A stretch of 61,531 nt of DNA from Alphaproteobacteria bacterium UBA3760 (GCA_002371155.1 DFGC01000012.1:1-61531), one strand, 5' to 3'. Shown: positions 41,345 to 52,792, numbered from the stretch's first letter. Numbers and translations: made by a program. Notes: a model not told the origin generated them from the sequence alone.

Positions 41345-41500
41345 TCCATTCGGCTTAGTTTATTATTTTCGCCAATCGGCACGCATTAAAAAAATCTTTA
41401 ACGCATGCGCCAATTCTATACCGCGATTTTACAAAAGTCAACAAAAACAAGCATTCACAAACAATAAAAAACGGCAAAATTTGCCGTTAAATAAAAAAAA

Positions 41501-41968
41501 CTAACTACCCGATGCAACGCCACCAACAATTTTCACCCATTGCTTAGTACCATTTGCACCAGTTCCCTTTATATAACCACACGCCGAAACATTATACCCA
41601 TTAACGTTCGTGGTATCACAAGCACTCCCTGGTTTTGCCAAACGATCTCCCAAACCAGTAACCGCCGTTCCATTGGCGGTAACAACATTCTGTTGCGTAT
41701 CTGCCCTAGTTTTCAACGCATTAACATCAGAATAAACCGCATTAACCTTGGTACCAACATATTTTGTTGTTGCAACCTTGACAACATCATCTTTGACACT
41801 TTTCTGTGCCGCGGTTGTCGGCTTTCCCGAAACAAATTCAGGATACGCAGGACTAGGACTATCACTTGGGAAACTAAAACCACTATCCGTCACAACCGGT
41901 TGTGCCGCATTTGCCACACCAATCATAAACAGCCCAAAAATCGCCGAAAAAAACAGTATTTTTTTCAT
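41501..41968 (-). CDS. Small secreted protein, core-only member of the KIATTKY family
   Basis: RBS AGGAG, signal ending ANA; VKVATTKY..coiled coil..KPGSAC..CGYI..WVKI. Confidence 0.8.
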   Translation of the reverse strand: MKKILFFSAIFGLFMIGVANAAQPVVTDSGFSFPSDSPSPAYPEFVSGKPTTAAQKSVKDDVVKVATTKYVGTKVNAVYSDVNALKTRADTQQNVVTANGTAVTGLGDRLAKPGSACDTTNVNGYNVSACGYIKGTGANGTKQWVKIVGGVASGS

Positions 41969-42111
41969 AATTTCTCCTAAAAAATCTTCCCTTTAGATAA
42001 AGTCTAGCAAAAATACAAATTTCAACGCAAGCAAAAAACGCAATACATATATTTTTTTATTTTTCCCCAGATTTTTGCACCATACACCGACACAACCGAT
42101 TCGTTTTGTTA

Positions 42112-42143
42112 TAAAAAAATCTGCCGTTTTGGCAGATTTTTTA
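42112..42143 (-). terminator. Terminator after rpsK
   Basis: A-run atctgcc-gtttt-ggcagat T-run. Confidence 0.75.
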
Positions 42144-42161
42144 TAAATACATAATATACAA

Positions 42162-42545
42162 TTACACACGACGCACTTTCTTTGGACGGCACCCATTGTG
42201 CGGAATACGCGTTGTGTCGGTAATCGATTGCACAATTAAACCCGCGTTTGCCAAACCACGCACCGCCGATTCACGACCCTGACCAATACCACGCATCAAA
42301 ACATCAACCGTTTTCATGCCCATTTCTGCAACCTTTTTACCAACCGCATCCGCGACAACCGTTGCAGCATATGGTGTAGATTTTTTTGCACCCTTGAAAT
42401 TATTTGCGCCCGCGGTTGCCCATGTCAAAACCGCACCCGTCGGGTCAGTAATTGTGATACGTGTATTGTTATTCGTCGCAACAACATGCGCAATGCCATG
42501 CGATACTTTTTTTACAACTTTCTTTTTTGCTTTTGTTACAGCCAT
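42162..42545 (-). CDS. rpsK: 30S ribosomal protein S11
   Basis: KKSTPYAA, IPHNGCRP. Confidence 0.98.
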   Translation of the reverse strand: MAVTKAKKKVVKKVSHGIAHVVATNNNTRITITDPTGAVLTWATAGANNFKGAKKSTPYAATVVADAVGKKVAEMGMKTVDVLMRGIGQGRESAVRGLANAGLIVQSITDTTRIPHNGCRPKKVRRV

Positions 42546-42606
42546 TTTTTTACCTTTATTTTAGATGTCTTCAATTAACTATTGTGTTAATCTCTACCTG
42601 AAAAAA

Positions 42607-42984
42607 TTATTTACCCTTGGTTGCCGAACCCGCGACCACAACGCGTTTACCCTTACGAGTTCTGGCGTTTGTTTGTGTGCGTTGACCACGAACGGGCAAA
42701 CGATTACGATGACGAATGCCACGATATGTTTTCAAATCTTGCAACCGTTTAATATTCATTGCAACTTCGCGACGGACATCACCTTCGACCTTAAAGTTTT
42801 GTTCAATATAATTAGAAATTTTGATAACATCCTCGTCGGTCAAATCTTTCGCGCGCAATCCATCTTTCAATTTCAACGCAGCACAAACCTGGGCGGCTTT
42901 TGCTGGGCCGATACCATGAATATAACGCAACGCAATTTCAATGCGTTTTTCTGATGGGATGTTAACACCTGCTATACGTGCCAT
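42607..42984 (-). CDS. rpsM: 30S ribosomal protein S13
   Basis: [26 protein letters not shown]. Confidence 0.98.
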   Translation of the reverse strand: MARIAGVNIPSEKRIEIALRYIHGIGPAKAAQVCAALKLKDGLRAKDLTDEDVIKISNYIEQNFKVEGDVRREVAMNIKRLQDLKTYRGIRHRNRLPVRGQRTQTNARTRKGKRVVVAGSATKGK

Positions 42985-43143
42985 CTTTTATTTTCCTTTT
43001 TTATTTTACCTGTGGGACGAAATATCGTCCGATTAAAATCCAAAATTTTGGGGTGCCCAAAACTTTGAAACTATTTTGATTTTGTCCGACATATATTATA
43101 ACAAATCAGACAAAAGTCAAATTTTGTTTGCCGTCCGCAAAAA

Positions 43144-44457
43144 TCATCCGCGAAAACGACCGTGTTTCTTGTTCACAATGCCACTGTATTGTTTCGCGAC
43201 CAAATAAGATTGCACCTGGTTCATAGTATCCAGCACAACCCCCGCCACAATCAACACACTGGTTCCACCAATCATCAACGGCATACCCGCATGGGTATTC
43301 AAAATGATTGGGATAACGCAAACAACAATCAAATAGCAAACGCCAATCGCCGTCGTTCTGGACACAACCGCATCCAGGTATTGCATGGTCTGTTCACCGG
43401 GCCGCACCCCCGGGATATACCCACCGGCATTTCTCAAATTATTACTGGTTTCTTCGGAATTAAACACAACCGCAGTCTGGAAATACGCAAAGAACACAAT
43501 CAAAACTGTATACAACGCGATATACGACCATGCACCATATGTAAAGAACCCAATAATCGATTGCACAACCAAACTATCACTTTGCGCGAACCGTTGAATA
43601 AATGCAGGCAACATCATAATTGACGACGCAAACACCGGCCCCATAACGCCCGACATATTCACCTTGATTGGCAAATACGACGCATTAGTATTCATAACGC
43701 CATTTGCCATGGCTTGACGCGGATACAGAATCTGGATACGACGTTGTGCCTGTTCAAAGAACGCAATCAACGCGACAATACCGACAACAAACGCAATAAT
43801 CAACATAATCATCGTCGGCGAAATTTGTCCAACACTGCCCAACGAGAACATTTTACCAATGCCGGCTGGAACCTCGGCGATAATACCCGCAAAAATCAGC
43901 AACGATGCACCCTGGCCAACACCACGCGCAGTTATTTGCTCGGCCAACCACATAACGAACACTGTTCCGCCAACCAATGCAATCAAAGCCGACAACTCAA
44001 ACGACCAACCCGGATTTACAACCGCGGCAACACCATTTACCGGTGCCATCATTTCCAAACCACGAACAACCGCCCAACCTTGGACAACCGCCAAAACGAC
44101 CGCCAAATAACGGGTATATTGGTTGATTTTAATGCGGCCTGATTCACCCTCTTTGCGCAAATCAGTCAATGACTTACTGGTCGCAGTCAACAATTGCAAA
44201 ACGATAGACGCAGAAATATATGGGAAAATATTCAATGCCAAAACCGACATACGGGACAATGAACCACCCGCAAACATATCGAACATCCCCAACATTCCAC
44301 TGCCCTCGCCAGTGAACAAATGCAACACAGCCGACGCATTAACACCCGGCAATGGGATAAACGAACCAATACGATAAACAACCAACGCAGCAGCCGTAAA
44401 TAAAATACGTTTTTGCAAATCACTAAGATTTTTGAAAAAGTTTTTTATTGCTCTCAT
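43144..44457 (-). CDS. secY: Preprotein translocase SecY
   Basis: Ten TM pattern, GRIKINQYTRY, GGYIPGVRPG, GGTSVLI. Confidence 0.98.
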   Translation of the reverse strand: MRAIKNFFKNLSDLQKRILFTAAALVVYRIGSFIPLPGVNASAVLHLFTGEGSGMLGMFDMFAGGSLSRMSVLALNIFPYISASIVLQLLTATSKSLTDLRKEGESGRIKINQYTRYLAVVLAVVQGWAVVRGLEMMAPVNGVAAVVNPGWSFELSALIALVGGTVFVMWLAEQITARGVGQGASLLIFAGIIAEVPAGIGKMFSLGSVGQISPTMIMLIIAFVVGIVALIAFFEQAQRRIQILYPRQAMANGVMNTNASYLPIKVNMSGVMGPVFASSIMMLPAFIQRFAQSDSLVVQSIIGFFTYGAWSYIALYTVLIVFFAYFQTAVVFNSEETSNNLRNAGGYIPGVRPGEQTMQYLDAVVSRTTAIGVCYLIVVCVIPIILNTHAGMPLMIGGTSVLIVAGVVLDTMNQVQSYLVAKQYSGIVNKKHGRFRG

Positions 44458-44522
44458 CGCTTTACTTTCCAGATATGACCATAACCCGGGGAATAATTCC
44501 CCCCAGGCAATAAGTCTAATTA

Positions 44523-44981
44523 TTATTTATTGGAAATTTTTCCACCGGCTTTCACGATTGCTTCTTCGGCGGCCTTGGACCATTTATCCGCAACAATCGT
44601 CACCGCTGTTTTAATTTCACCTTTGGCCAAAACTTTCAATCCGTTCAATTTACGGTTGATAATTTTTGCATCCAACAAAGAATCCATCGTGATAGATTTT
44701 TTAGCATCAATTTTGCCCGATTTGATAAATTTTTCAATATCGCCCAAATTGATTGTCACATAATGTTTCGCAAATGGATTTGTAAAACCAAATTTTGGGA
44801 AACGACGCAAGATTGGCATTTGACCACCTTGGAAAGTTGCCTGTTTGCGCGAACCCGCACGTGCCTTTTGACCCTTGGTTCCACGACCCGCGGTTTTACC
44901 ATAGCCCGATGCCATACCGCGACCAACGCGTTTAACACCCTGGCGTGCACCTAAATTATCCATCAAAGCATTTAATTTCAT
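44523..44981 (-). CDS. rplO: 50S ribosomal protein L15
   Basis: KRVGRG..SG.GKTAGRG.KGQKAR. Confidence 0.98.
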   Translation of the reverse strand: MKLNALMDNLGARQGVKRVGRGMASGYGKTAGRGTKGQKARAGSRKQATFQGGQMPILRRFPKFGFTNPFAKHYVTINLGDIEKFIKSGKIDAKKSITMDSLLDAKIINRKLNGLKVLAKGEIKTAVTIVADKWSKAAEEAIVKAGGKISNK

Positions 44982-45059
44982 TTCTATGTCCTTTTTCCTA
45001 CGACTATATTATAGTCTTTATCGCGCATAATACAAGATTACGCACTCGGTTTTATTTAT

Positions 45060-45239
45060 TTATTTTTCAACGATTTCGACCAGATGTGAAACGCGCGCAA
45101 CCATGCCACGAACACTTTCCGTATCGTTAATTTCGCGTGTGCGACCAACGCGTCCCAACCCCAAAGCCAACACAATTTTGCGTTGATTTTCTGGACGACC
45201 GATAATGCTTTTTACTTGTTTTACAGTTATCTTAGCCAT
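45060..45239 (-). CDS. rpmD: 50S ribosomal protein L30
   Basis: ITVKQVKS.IGR, LGLGR, GM..V.HLV. Confidence 0.95.
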   Translation of the reverse strand: MAKITVKQVKSIIGRPENQRKIVLALGLGRVGRTREINDTESVRGMVARVSHLVEIVEK

Positions 45240-45262
45240 GTCTAATCTCCACATTTACGCAT

Positions 45263-45826
45263 TTATTTGTTTGCTTCGGCGTCCTGGGCAACTTCTAATT
45301 TTTTGCCATCACGACCCGCGATGATTTCAGCCACCGTTTTACCACGACGCGCCGCAACCGTTTTTGGCGAATTCATTTTCTTGAAAGCCAAAAACGCCGC
45401 ACGAATCATATTGTTTGGATTGTTCGAACCTTGGGATTTTACAACAACATCTTGAACCCCCAAACATTCAAACACCGCACGCAACGCACCACCCGCAATA
45501 ATACCAGTACCAGGAACCGCACTGCGCACAACCAATTTAGACGCACCATATTTTGCCTCGACATCGTGATGCAATGTGCGACCTTCTTTTAACGGAACAC
45601 GAACCATTTTTGCCTTGGCGGCCTTGGTTGCTTTTTGGACAGCAGATTGTACTTCCAACGCTTTACCCTTGCCAAATCCGACGCGACCTGCCTTGTCACC
45701 AACAACGACCAACGCCGAAAAAGACATATTACGTCCGCCCTTCACCGTTTTAGAAACGCGGTTGATAGAAACCAATTTATCTACCAAATTATCCGTTTGC
45801 AATTTTTTATCATCAAAACGTGCCAT
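45263..45826 (-). CDS. rpsE: 30S ribosomal protein S5
   Basis: [20 protein letters not shown]. Confidence 0.98.
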   Translation of the reverse strand: MARFDDKKLQTDNLVDKLVSINRVSKTVKGGRNMSFSALVVVGDKAGRVGFGKGKALEVQSAVQKATKAAKAKMVRVPLKEGRTLHHDVEAKYGASKLVVRSAVPGTGIIAGGALRAVFECLGVQDVVVKSQGSNNPNNMIRAAFLAFKKMNSPKTVAARRGKTVAEIIAGRDGKKLEVAQDAEANK

Positions 45827-45842
45827 TGTAATCTCCGTTTAA

Positions 45843-46199
45843 TTAAATATTTACACCACCCGCGCGAATCGCTTCACACAGTGCCTTTACGCGACCATGA
45901 TAACGAAAACCGCCACGATCAAAATAACAATTGTCAACAATACCGGCCTTTACCGCACGTTCAGCAAACATTTTGCCAACCATTTCTGCCCCGGCGATAT
46001 TCCAACCTTTGCCGTTAAAACCTTTTTCCTTGCTGGATGCCGCGCACAATGTGTGCCCACGCGTATCGTCAATCGCCTGGATTTCAATATGACGGCCCGA
46101 ACGAAAAACCGACAAACGAACCTTGCCTGGATTCTTCATTTTCAACGCACGACGATTTGCCAATGTGCGTCTTTCTTCTGAACTCAAATGTTTCAACAT
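45843..46199 (-). CDS. rplR: 50S ribosomal protein L18
   Basis: RLSVFRS, FDRGGFRYHGRV. Confidence 0.97.
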   Translation of the reverse strand: MLKHLSSEERRTLANRRALKMKNPGKVRLSVFRSGRHIEIQAIDDTRGHTLCAASSKEKGFNGKGWNIAGAEMVGKMFAERAVKAGIVDNCYFDRGGFRYHGRVKALCEAIRAGGVNI

Positions 46200-46249
46200 T
46201 TCATTTCCTTTTTTTTCTAATTCCCGTAACAGCGGAAATCACTTATTTA

Positions 46250-46801
46250 TTATTTCTTTTTGCCTTCTTTGCGACGGATTTCTTCGCCCTTATAGAAGAT
46301 TCCTTTGCCTTTATACGGGTCGGCTTTACGGATTTTGTGGATTTTATCCGCAAACAATCCCAACGCACATTTATCAATACCACTGATTGTGAATTCAGTT
46401 GGTTTTTCACCCATTTTAACTGTCAAACCCGCCGGTATCTCCATAACGACATCATGCGAAAAACCGACAACCAACGTCAATTTGTTCCCCGCCACAGACG
46501 CCTTGTATCCAACACCGTTCATGTACATATCTTTGGAAAAACCATCTTTGACACCAATAACCGCAGATTTAATATTGCGGGTCATGGTTCCCCACATTGC
46601 GCGCGATGTTTTATCTTCGGCATCTTTTGGTGTCACAACGACACAGCCATCTTTGATTTCAACATCAACCAAATGAGAATTTTTTGTGCCCAATTTAACA
46701 CTCAATTCACCCTTTGGACCCTTTATAACCACAGCGTTGTCTTTGATTTCTGCCGACACACCGTCAAGTAATTTAACTGGATATTTTCCTGCACGAGACA
46801 T
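46250..46801 (-). CDS. rplF: 50S ribosomal protein L6
   Basis: MSR.GK.PV, GPKGEL, PYKGKG. Confidence 0.97.
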   Translation of the reverse strand: MSRAGKYPVKLLDGVSAEIKDNAVVIKGPKGELSVKLGTKNSHLVDVEIKDGCVVVTPKDAEDKTSRAMWGTMTRNIKSAVIGVKDGFSKDMYMNGVGYKASVAGNKLTLVVGFSHDVVMEIPAGLTVKMGEKPTEFTISGIDKCALGLFADKIHKIRKADPYKGKGIFYKGEEIRRKEGKKK

Positions 46802-46820
46802 TTCTTCATCCTTATTGCTA

Positions 46821-47219
46821 TTATATAACCTTGCACAATACTTCGCCACCAACATTCATCAAGCGCGCCTTGTGATCGGTCATAACGCCACATGGTGTGG
46901 AAACGATTGCGATACCCAAACCGTTCAAAACTTTTGGCATTTTGGCACAGCCTGAATAAACACGACGTCCCGGTCTGGACACAACCGAAATTTCCTGGAT
47001 TGCACCAACACCGCCGTTGTATTTCAATTCAACGACCAAATTCGAACGATGTTCGTCAATTTGTTCTTTGCGAAAATCCGTGATGAAACCTTCGTCCTTT
47101 AACACAGTCAAAACCGCTGCACGCAATTTGCTGTTCGGGACAGTTATAAATTCTTTACCGGCCGCTTGACCATTACGAATACGGGTCAGCATATCTCCGA
47201 TTGGGTGTGATAATGACAT
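46821..47219 (-). CDS. rpsH: 30S ribosomal protein S8
   Basis: PIGDMLTRIRN, SRPGRRVY, GGEVLC. Confidence 0.98.
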   Translation of the reverse strand: MSLSHPIGDMLTRIRNGQAAGKEFITVPNSKLRAAVLTVLKDEGFITDFRKEQIDEHRSNLVVELKYNGGVGAIQEISVVSRPGRRVYSGCAKMPKVLNGLGIAIVSTPCGVMTDHKARLMNVGGEVLCKVI

Positions 47220-47288
47220 CTTTATACTCCTTGTTTGTGGATAATTCCACATTCCCCAGTTGCATTGTCCACAACTGGTATTAAAATT

Positions 47289-47591
47289 TTACCAACTAGA
47301 TTTACGAACACCTGGCAATTTACCTTCGGATGCCAATGTCCGCAACTGTTGACGACACAAACCAAACATACGTGAATAACCACGTGCACGACCGGTAACA
47401 GAACAACGATTGTGCAAACGTGTCGGATTCGCATTACGTGGCAATTTTGCCAATTTTTTCATCGCATCCATACGTTCATCTGGTGTTGCATTTACAGACA
47501 TTTTTTCTTTGATTGCCGCACGCTTTTTTGCATATTTTGCAACCAATTTTTCACGTCTGTGTTGTTTATTTATCAATGCTAATTTAGCCAT
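47289..47591 (-). CDS. rpsN: 30S ribosomal protein S14 (long, zinc-free type)
   Basis: RLHNRC..TGR, LPGVRKSSW. Confidence 0.98.
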   Translation of the reverse strand: MAKLALINKQHRREKLVAKYAKKRAAIKEKMSVNATPDERMDAMKKLAKLPRNANPTRLHNRCSVTGRARGYSRMFGLCRQQLRTLASEGKLPGVRKSSW

Positions 47592-47608
47592 TTTTTTTCC
47601 TTACTGCT

Positions 47609-48154
47609 TTATTTCAAAACCAACGGCAGGCCGATTTTTGTCAGCAATGCACGCGCTTCATCATCTGTTTTTGCTGTTGTTGCAATTACAATATCCATAC
47701 CACGGATAGAATCAATTTTATCAACAGAAATTTCTGGGAATATCAAGTGTTCTTTGATACCAAACGCATAATTGCCACGACCATCAAATTTAGATTTTGA
47801 CAATCCGCGGAAATCTTTAACACGTGGCAACGCAACCGTAATCAATTTATCCAAGAAATCATACATTCTTTTACCACGCAATGTGACCTTGGTTCCAATC
47901 GCCTGCCCTTCACGCAAACGATATGTCGCAATAGATTTCTTTGCAACCGTCACAACCGGTTTTTGCGCCGCAATCGCTGTCAAATCGACAACCGCCGCAT
48001 CCAATTTTTTCTTGTCAGATACCGCTTCGCCAACACCCATGTTCAAAACAATTTTGGTCAGTTTCGGCACAGCCAACGCATTTTTGTACCCGAATTCTTT
48101 AACCAATTCTGGCACAACATTTTTTTCATAAATTTCACGCAATCTGCTTTGCAT
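47609..48154 (-). CDS. rplE: 50S ribosomal protein L5
   Basis: [25 protein letters not shown]. Confidence 0.98.
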   Translation of the reverse strand: MQSRLREIYEKNVVPELVKEFGYKNALAVPKLTKIVLNMGVGEAVSDKKKLDAAVVDLTAIAAQKPVVTVAKKSIATYRLREGQAIGTKVTLRGKRMYDFLDKLITVALPRVKDFRGLSKSKFDGRGNYAFGIKEHLIFPEISVDKIDSIRGMDIVIATTAKTDDEARALLTKIGLPLVLK

Positions 48155-48201
48155 TTTTTTACCCTTATTATTAGTTTCCGTAACAGCGGAAACGATTATT
48201 T

Positions 48202-48504
48202 TTATAATTCTGTTCCAGATTTTTTAGAAACACGAACCTTTTTATCGCCACGCATCACATATCCAACGCGGGATGCTTTTTTGGTTTTTGGATCCACCAA
48301 TGCAACATTGGATACATGGATTGGCGCTTCGCGATCAATAATATGACCGGCTTGTTCCTGTGTTGGTTTGATGTGCCATTTATGACGATTGACCCCAGAC
48401 ACAACAACACGCGATTCAGATGGACGTGATTCCAGCACTTTGCCTTTAACGCCCTTGTATTTCCCTGAAATAACTACGACTTCGTCGCCTTTTTTAATTT
48501 TCAT
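48202..48504 (-). CDS. rplX: 50S ribosomal protein L24
   Basis: [21 protein letters not shown]. Confidence 0.98.
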   Translation of the reverse strand: MKIKKGDEVVVISGKYKGVKGKVLESRPSESRVVVSGVNRHKWHIKPTQEQAGHIIDREAPIHVSNVALVDPKTKKASRVGYVMRGDKKVRVSKKSGTEL

Positions 48505-48531
48505 TTTTCCAGCCTCTTTGTGTCTAATCTA

Positions 48532-48906
48532 TTAAATAACCTCTGGTGCCAAAGACACGATTTTTTGCACATCATATTTGCGACGAACCTCACGCGCAAT
48601 TGGTCCAAAAATACGTGTTCCAATTGGTTCAAAGTTGTTTTTATTGATTAAAACAACCGCGTTATCATCAAAACGGATAATCGAACCGTCTGGACGTTTA
48701 ACAGGAAACTTTGTTCTAACGATAATTGCACGTTGAACCGTTCCCTTTTGAACTTTGCCACGTGGAATGGCTTCTTTGATTGCAACAACGATTTTATCAC
48801 CAACTGTTGCATAGCGACGATGTGAACCGCCCAAAACCTTGATGCACAATGCTTTACGCGCACCACTGTTATCAGCGACCGTCAAAACTGTTTCATTTTG
48901 AATCAT
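48532..48906 (-). CDS. rplN: 50S ribosomal protein L14
   Basis: MIQ.ET.L.VADNSGA, GTRIFGP, SLAPEV. Confidence 0.98.
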   Translation of the reverse strand: MIQNETVLTVADNSGARKALCIKVLGGSHRRYATVGDKIVVAIKEAIPRGKVQKGTVQRAIIVRTKFPVKRPDGSIIRFDDNAVVLINKNNFEPIGTRIFGPIAREVRRKYDVQKIVSLAPEVI

Positions 48907-49016
48907 TTTACTATCCTTGTTCCTGCACACGGGGCAATCCCCCATGGCTTTGTTAATGGGTCCCGACTGTCGCGCACGACCTCAAAGAACCCGACCCAAT
49001 GATTGACCAACAAAAT

Positions 49017-49286
49017 TTAGTCAACCACTTCCACAGAACCGTCTTTGGCAACACCAACGCGACCCTTTACAATCCAAGTTTTTGTCTTGGAAATTGGACG
49101 ATGTTCTTCAATTGCAACAACATCACCAACCTTGTATTCATTGGCCTCGTCATGTGCTTTATACTTTTTGTTCTGCTTCACAAATTTACCATACAACGGA
49201 TGACGAAAACGGCGTTCAACTTCAACGACAACCGTTTTATCATTTGCTGTACTTTTAACTGTTCCTTGCAGTATACGTTTTGGCAT
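49017..49286 (-). CDS. rpsQ: 30S ribosomal protein S17
   Basis: DKTVVV.VER..HPLYGK, RPISKTK. Confidence 0.97.
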   Translation of the reverse strand: MPKRILQGTVKSTANDKTVVVEVERRFRHPLYGKFVKQNKKYKAHDEANEYKVGDVVAIEEHRPISKTKTWIVKGRVGVAKDGSVEVVD

Positions 49287-49374
49287 AACTGTTATTCCTC
49301 TATTGTTTTTTACTGTCAATCCTGGTTATAATATACTAAAATTTAGAAAAAACAACCAAAATCAACACACCTTT

Positions 49375-49569
49375 TTATTTTTTTGTCGCATTCAGTTTTG
49401 TTTTCACACGCGCAATCTCACGACGTGTTTTACGCAAAACATGCGTTTTTGGCATTTGCCCCGCCGCCAATTGAAAACGTTGATTCATTTGTTCCTTTTT
49501 CAAATCAACCAATTTGCTTTCCAAGGCCTCGACCGTCAAAGATTCTGTTTTTTTGCTTTTTTCTGCCAT
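49375..49569 (-). CDS. rpmC: 50S ribosomal protein L29
   Basis: LKKEQMNQRFQ..GQ, RREIARVKT. Confidence 0.96.
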   Translation of the reverse strand: MAEKSKKTESLTVEALESKLVDLKKEQMNQRFQLAAGQMPKTHVLRKTRREIARVKTKLNATKK

Positions 49570-49585
49570 ATCTATCACCTTTTAA

Positions 49586-49999
49586 TTAGTTGATTTTACG
49601 TTCAACGATTTTCGTTTTTACTGGCAATTTTGCCGCCGCCAACGCAAACGCTTCATACGCGATTTCAGATTTCACACCATCTAATTCGAACATGATGCGT
49701 CCCGGTTTAACGCGACATACCCAGTATTCAACGGCACCCTTACCTTTACCCATACGAACCTGTGCAGGCTTTGTTGTAACCGGCACATCTGGGAAAATAC
49801 GAATCCACAATTTACCCTGACGTTTCATATGACGGGTAATTGCGCGACGCGCTGCTTCTATCTGACGTGCAGTCACACGTTCAGGACTCATTGCTTTCAG
49901 ACCAAACGACCCAAACGCCAATTCACTACCGCCCTTGGCGACACCGTGAATACGACCTTTTTGCAGTTTGCGAAATTTTGTTTTATTTGGCATTAACAT
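49586..49999 (-). CDS. rplP: 50S ribosomal protein L16
   Basis: [18 protein letters not shown]. Confidence 0.98.
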   Translation of the reverse strand: MLMPNKTKFRKLQKGRIHGVAKGGSELAFGSFGLKAMSPERVTARQIEAARRAITRHMKRQGKLWIRIFPDVPVTTKPAQVRMGKGKGAVEYWVCRVKPGRIMFELDGVKSEIAYEAFALAAAKLPVKTKIVERKIN

Positions 50000-50022
50000 G
50001 ATTAAAATCCTTTGATTTTATG

Positions 50023-50724
50023 TTATTTACTTTTTCTTTCGCTTGTGCCGGCATATTCTGTTGGACGCGCCATTTCAGAAGCCAACTTTTCTTTGTTCAC
50101 AACGTCCCCAGTGTAAATCCAAACTTTGACACCGATAACGCCGTATGTTGTTTTTGCTTGAATTGACGCATAGTCAACATCCGCGCGCAAAGTATGCAAT
50201 GGAATACGACCTTCGCGGATTTGTTCACTGCGTGCAATTTCCGCACCATTCAAACGCCCAGAACACATGACTTTGATACCCATAACGCCCGCTTTCTGTG
50301 CATTTTGAACAGCTTTTTTCATTGCGCGTTTGAATGAAACACGCCCTTCGATTTGTTGCGCGATGCTTTGTGCAACCAATTGCGCATTTGAATCAGGACG
50401 ACGCACTTCATAGATATTTACAACAACTTGGTCATTTTTAACCAATTTTTTAATATCATTACGCAATGCTTCGATATCGGCACCATTTTTACCGATAATC
50501 ATCCCAGGACGAGATGTGTGAATTGTCACAACAACCTTTTTAGCAAAACGTTCGATAACAACCTTTGCCAATCCTGCTTTTTTCAATTTTTTTTCAATAA
50601 ATTTGCGAATTTTAATATCTTCGGCTAAAAGATTTGCGTAATCTTTTTTACCGGCAATCCAACGAGAGTCAGTGACTTTGTTGATAAATTCGCGTAATGA
50701 AATAGGTGATACTTTCTGTCCCAT
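50023..50724 (-). CDS. rpsC: 30S ribosomal protein S3
   Basis: [33 protein letters not shown]. Confidence 0.98.
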   Translation of the reverse strand: MGQKVSPISLREFINKVTDSRWIAGKKDYANLLAEDIKIRKFIEKKLKKAGLAKVVIERFAKKVVVTIHTSRPGMIIGKNGADIEALRNDIKKLVKNDQVVVNIYEVRRPDSNAQLVAQSIAQQIEGRVSFKRAMKKAVQNAQKAGVMGIKVMCSGRLNGAEIARSEQIREGRIPLHTLRADVDYASIQAKTTYGVIGVKVWIYTGDVVNKEKLASEMARPTEYAGTSERKSK

Positions 50725-50810
50725 TTTTTATTTTCCTTACGTTTATATCCGGTGTTCTTGAAACCTTGCGGTTTTATTCAAGGGTCGCCCCCATACCACC
50801 GGTCTTTCCA

Positions 50811-51218
50811 TTATTTAGCCTTTTTATCAGCCTTTGGTTCTTGTTTTTTCTTTGCCGGCGCATTACCAGATTCCAAAACGATTGTCAAATTTGAAAAAGG
50901 TTTCAAAATCGGACGCGCACTGCCACGTGGACCCGGCATAATACGTTTCATGGTCAATGCTTTGCCACACCAAATTTCTTTGACGAACAAAGTTTCAACC
51001 GGCAAATTTTTGTTGTGTTCGGCATTTGCAACCGCAGACAACAAAGTTTTCAAAACTTCATCAGAAACACGTTTCTTTGAAAATTTCAAAACATCCACAG
51101 CACGATCCACAGGCAACCCACGAACCATGTCGCAAACCAAATTCAGTTTCTGATGACTGATGCGAATCATTTTATTAAATGCGCGCACCTGATTATCTTT
51201 AATTCCATATCTTGTCAT
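50811..51218 (-). CDS. rplV: 50S ribosomal protein L22
   Basis: RIS.QKL.LV.D.VRG, SAVANAEHN. Confidence 0.96.
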   Translation of the reverse strand: MTRYGIKDNQVRAFNKMIRISHQKLNLVCDMVRGLPVDRAVDVLKFSKKRVSDEVLKTLLSAVANAEHNKNLPVETLFVKEIWCGKALTMKRIMPGPRGSARPILKPFSNLTIVLESGNAPAKKKQEPKADKKAK

Positions 51219-51239
51219 AACTTTATCCTTTAATCAGAA

Positions 51240-51521
51240 TTATTTGGCCGCTGCTTTTTTGTTTGCCGCATGTCCTTTGAATGTGCGGGTTGGTGCAAAT
51301 TCACCCAATTTGTGTCCAATCATATCTTCAACAATCAACACTGGGATAAATTTATTACCATTGTGCACTTCAAATGTTAAACCAACCATTGGCGGCACAA
51401 TCGTGCTACCACGGGACCATGTTTTAATAGGTTTGTGGTCATTTTTTTCATTTGCCACCGCGATTTTTTTCAACAACGATGGATGAATATAAGGACCTTT
51501 CCATACTGAACGAGACATCAT
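51240..51521 (-). CDS. rpsS: 30S ribosomal protein S19
   Basis: [19 protein letters not shown]. Confidence 0.98.
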   Translation of the reverse strand: MMSRSVWKGPYIHPSLLKKIAVANEKNDHKPIKTWSRGSTIVPPMVGLTFEVHNGNKFIPVLIVEDMIGHKLGEFAPTRTFKGHAANKKAAAK

Positions 51522-51537
51522 TTACTCCGTTTTTTTA

Positions 51538-52371
51538 TTATTTTTTCTTCGCCAAATGTCTGCTACGGATAATCATCCGGCTTGTACGTTTATTGCTACG
51601 GGTACGATATCCCTTGGCTGGAATACCTGTACGTGAAACAGGTTCGTGACCTTTACTGTGCCCGTTACCACCACCCATCGGGTGATCATTCGGGTTCATC
51701 GCCATACCACGAACAGATGGACGAACACCCAACCAACGGGCACGACCGGCCTTGCCCAAGTTCACATTGCGTTGATCCGGATTAGAAACCGCACCAACGG
51801 TTGCCAAACAATCGGAATGAACTTTACGCAACTCGCCACTGTTCATTTTAATCTGGGCATAAACACCGTCTTTACCCATCAACTGAGCATAACAACCTGC
51901 ACTGCGGGCCAATTGACCACCCGCACCCGGTTTCAATTCAACATTATGCACAATTGTTCCGATTGGCATATTTTTCAATGGCATTGCATTACCCGGTTTA
52001 ATATCTTCGCGTTCACCGGAAATAACCACATCGCCCGCCTTTAAATCGCGTGGTGCCAAAATATAGGAACGAATACCATCTTTGTATTCAATCAACGCGA
52101 TAAATGCAGTCCGATTCGGATCGTATTCCAAACGAACAACCGTTGCCGGCATGCCAAATTTTTTGCGTTTGAAATCAATTAAACGATAACTGCGTTTATG
52201 ACCACCACCTTGGTGCATCACAGTCACCTGACCAAAATTATTACGACCGCCGTGTGATTTCAAACCAACGGTCAAAGCCTTTTCTGGTTTACCACGATGC
52301 AATTCCGCGCGACTGACCAATGTCAATCCACGTGTTCCCGCGGTAACCGGCTTAAAATGCTTTAATGCCAT
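51538..52371 (-). CDS. rplB: 50S ribosomal protein L2
   Basis: GGRNN.G, EYDPNR, GKAGR.RW.G.RP.VRG.AMNP.DHP. Confidence 0.99.
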   Translation of the reverse strand: MALKHFKPVTAGTRGLTLVSRAELHRGKPEKALTVGLKSHGGRNNFGQVTVMHQGGGHKRSYRLIDFKRKKFGMPATVVRLEYDPNRTAFIALIEYKDGIRSYILAPRDLKAGDVVISGEREDIKPGNAMPLKNMPIGTIVHNVELKPGAGGQLARSAGCYAQLMGKDGVYAQIKMNSGELRKVHSDCLATVGAVSNPDQRNVNLGKAGRARWLGVRPSVRGMAMNPNDHPMGGGNGHSKGHEPVSRTGIPAKGYRTRSNKRTSRMIIRSRHLAKKK

Positions 52372-52435
52372 TTTTTTCTATCCTTTGTTTTCTTGGACAA
52401 TAACACCCCGATATATTGGGTTCTCTGACCAAGAG

Positions 52436-52777
52436 TTATTTACTTTGTGCCTCGACCGACAAATCCAATGTGGCATCCGCCGGTAATGACACATACGCTT
52501 TTTTTACATCACGTTGTGTACCACGACTGCGCCCACGGAAAGTTTTCACTTTACCTTTGGTGATAACGATGTTGACCTTGGTTGGTTTCACACCGTAAAT
52601 CGCCTGCATTGCGCGCACAACATCCGCCTTGGTGGCACATGGTGCAACCTCGAACACAACGCCATTGTTTTCAGACAATCTTGCAGATTTTTCCGACACA
52701 ACCGGACGAACCAGTATATCATAAACACCCGCAGTTGCCACAATTTTCTTTTCTGAACTAACTTTCTTTTCTGCCAT
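52436..52777 (-). CDS. rplW: 50S ribosomal protein L23
   Basis: RPVVSEKS, VFEVA..ATK, KKAYV.L. Confidence 0.96.
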   Translation of the reverse strand: MAEKKVSSEKKIVATAGVYDILVRPVVSEKSARLSENNGVVFEVAPCATKADVVRAMQAIYGVKPTKVNIVITKGKVKTFRGRSRGTQRDVKKAYVSLPADATLDLSVEAQSK

Positions 52778-52792
52778 CTTACATCCTTATGA

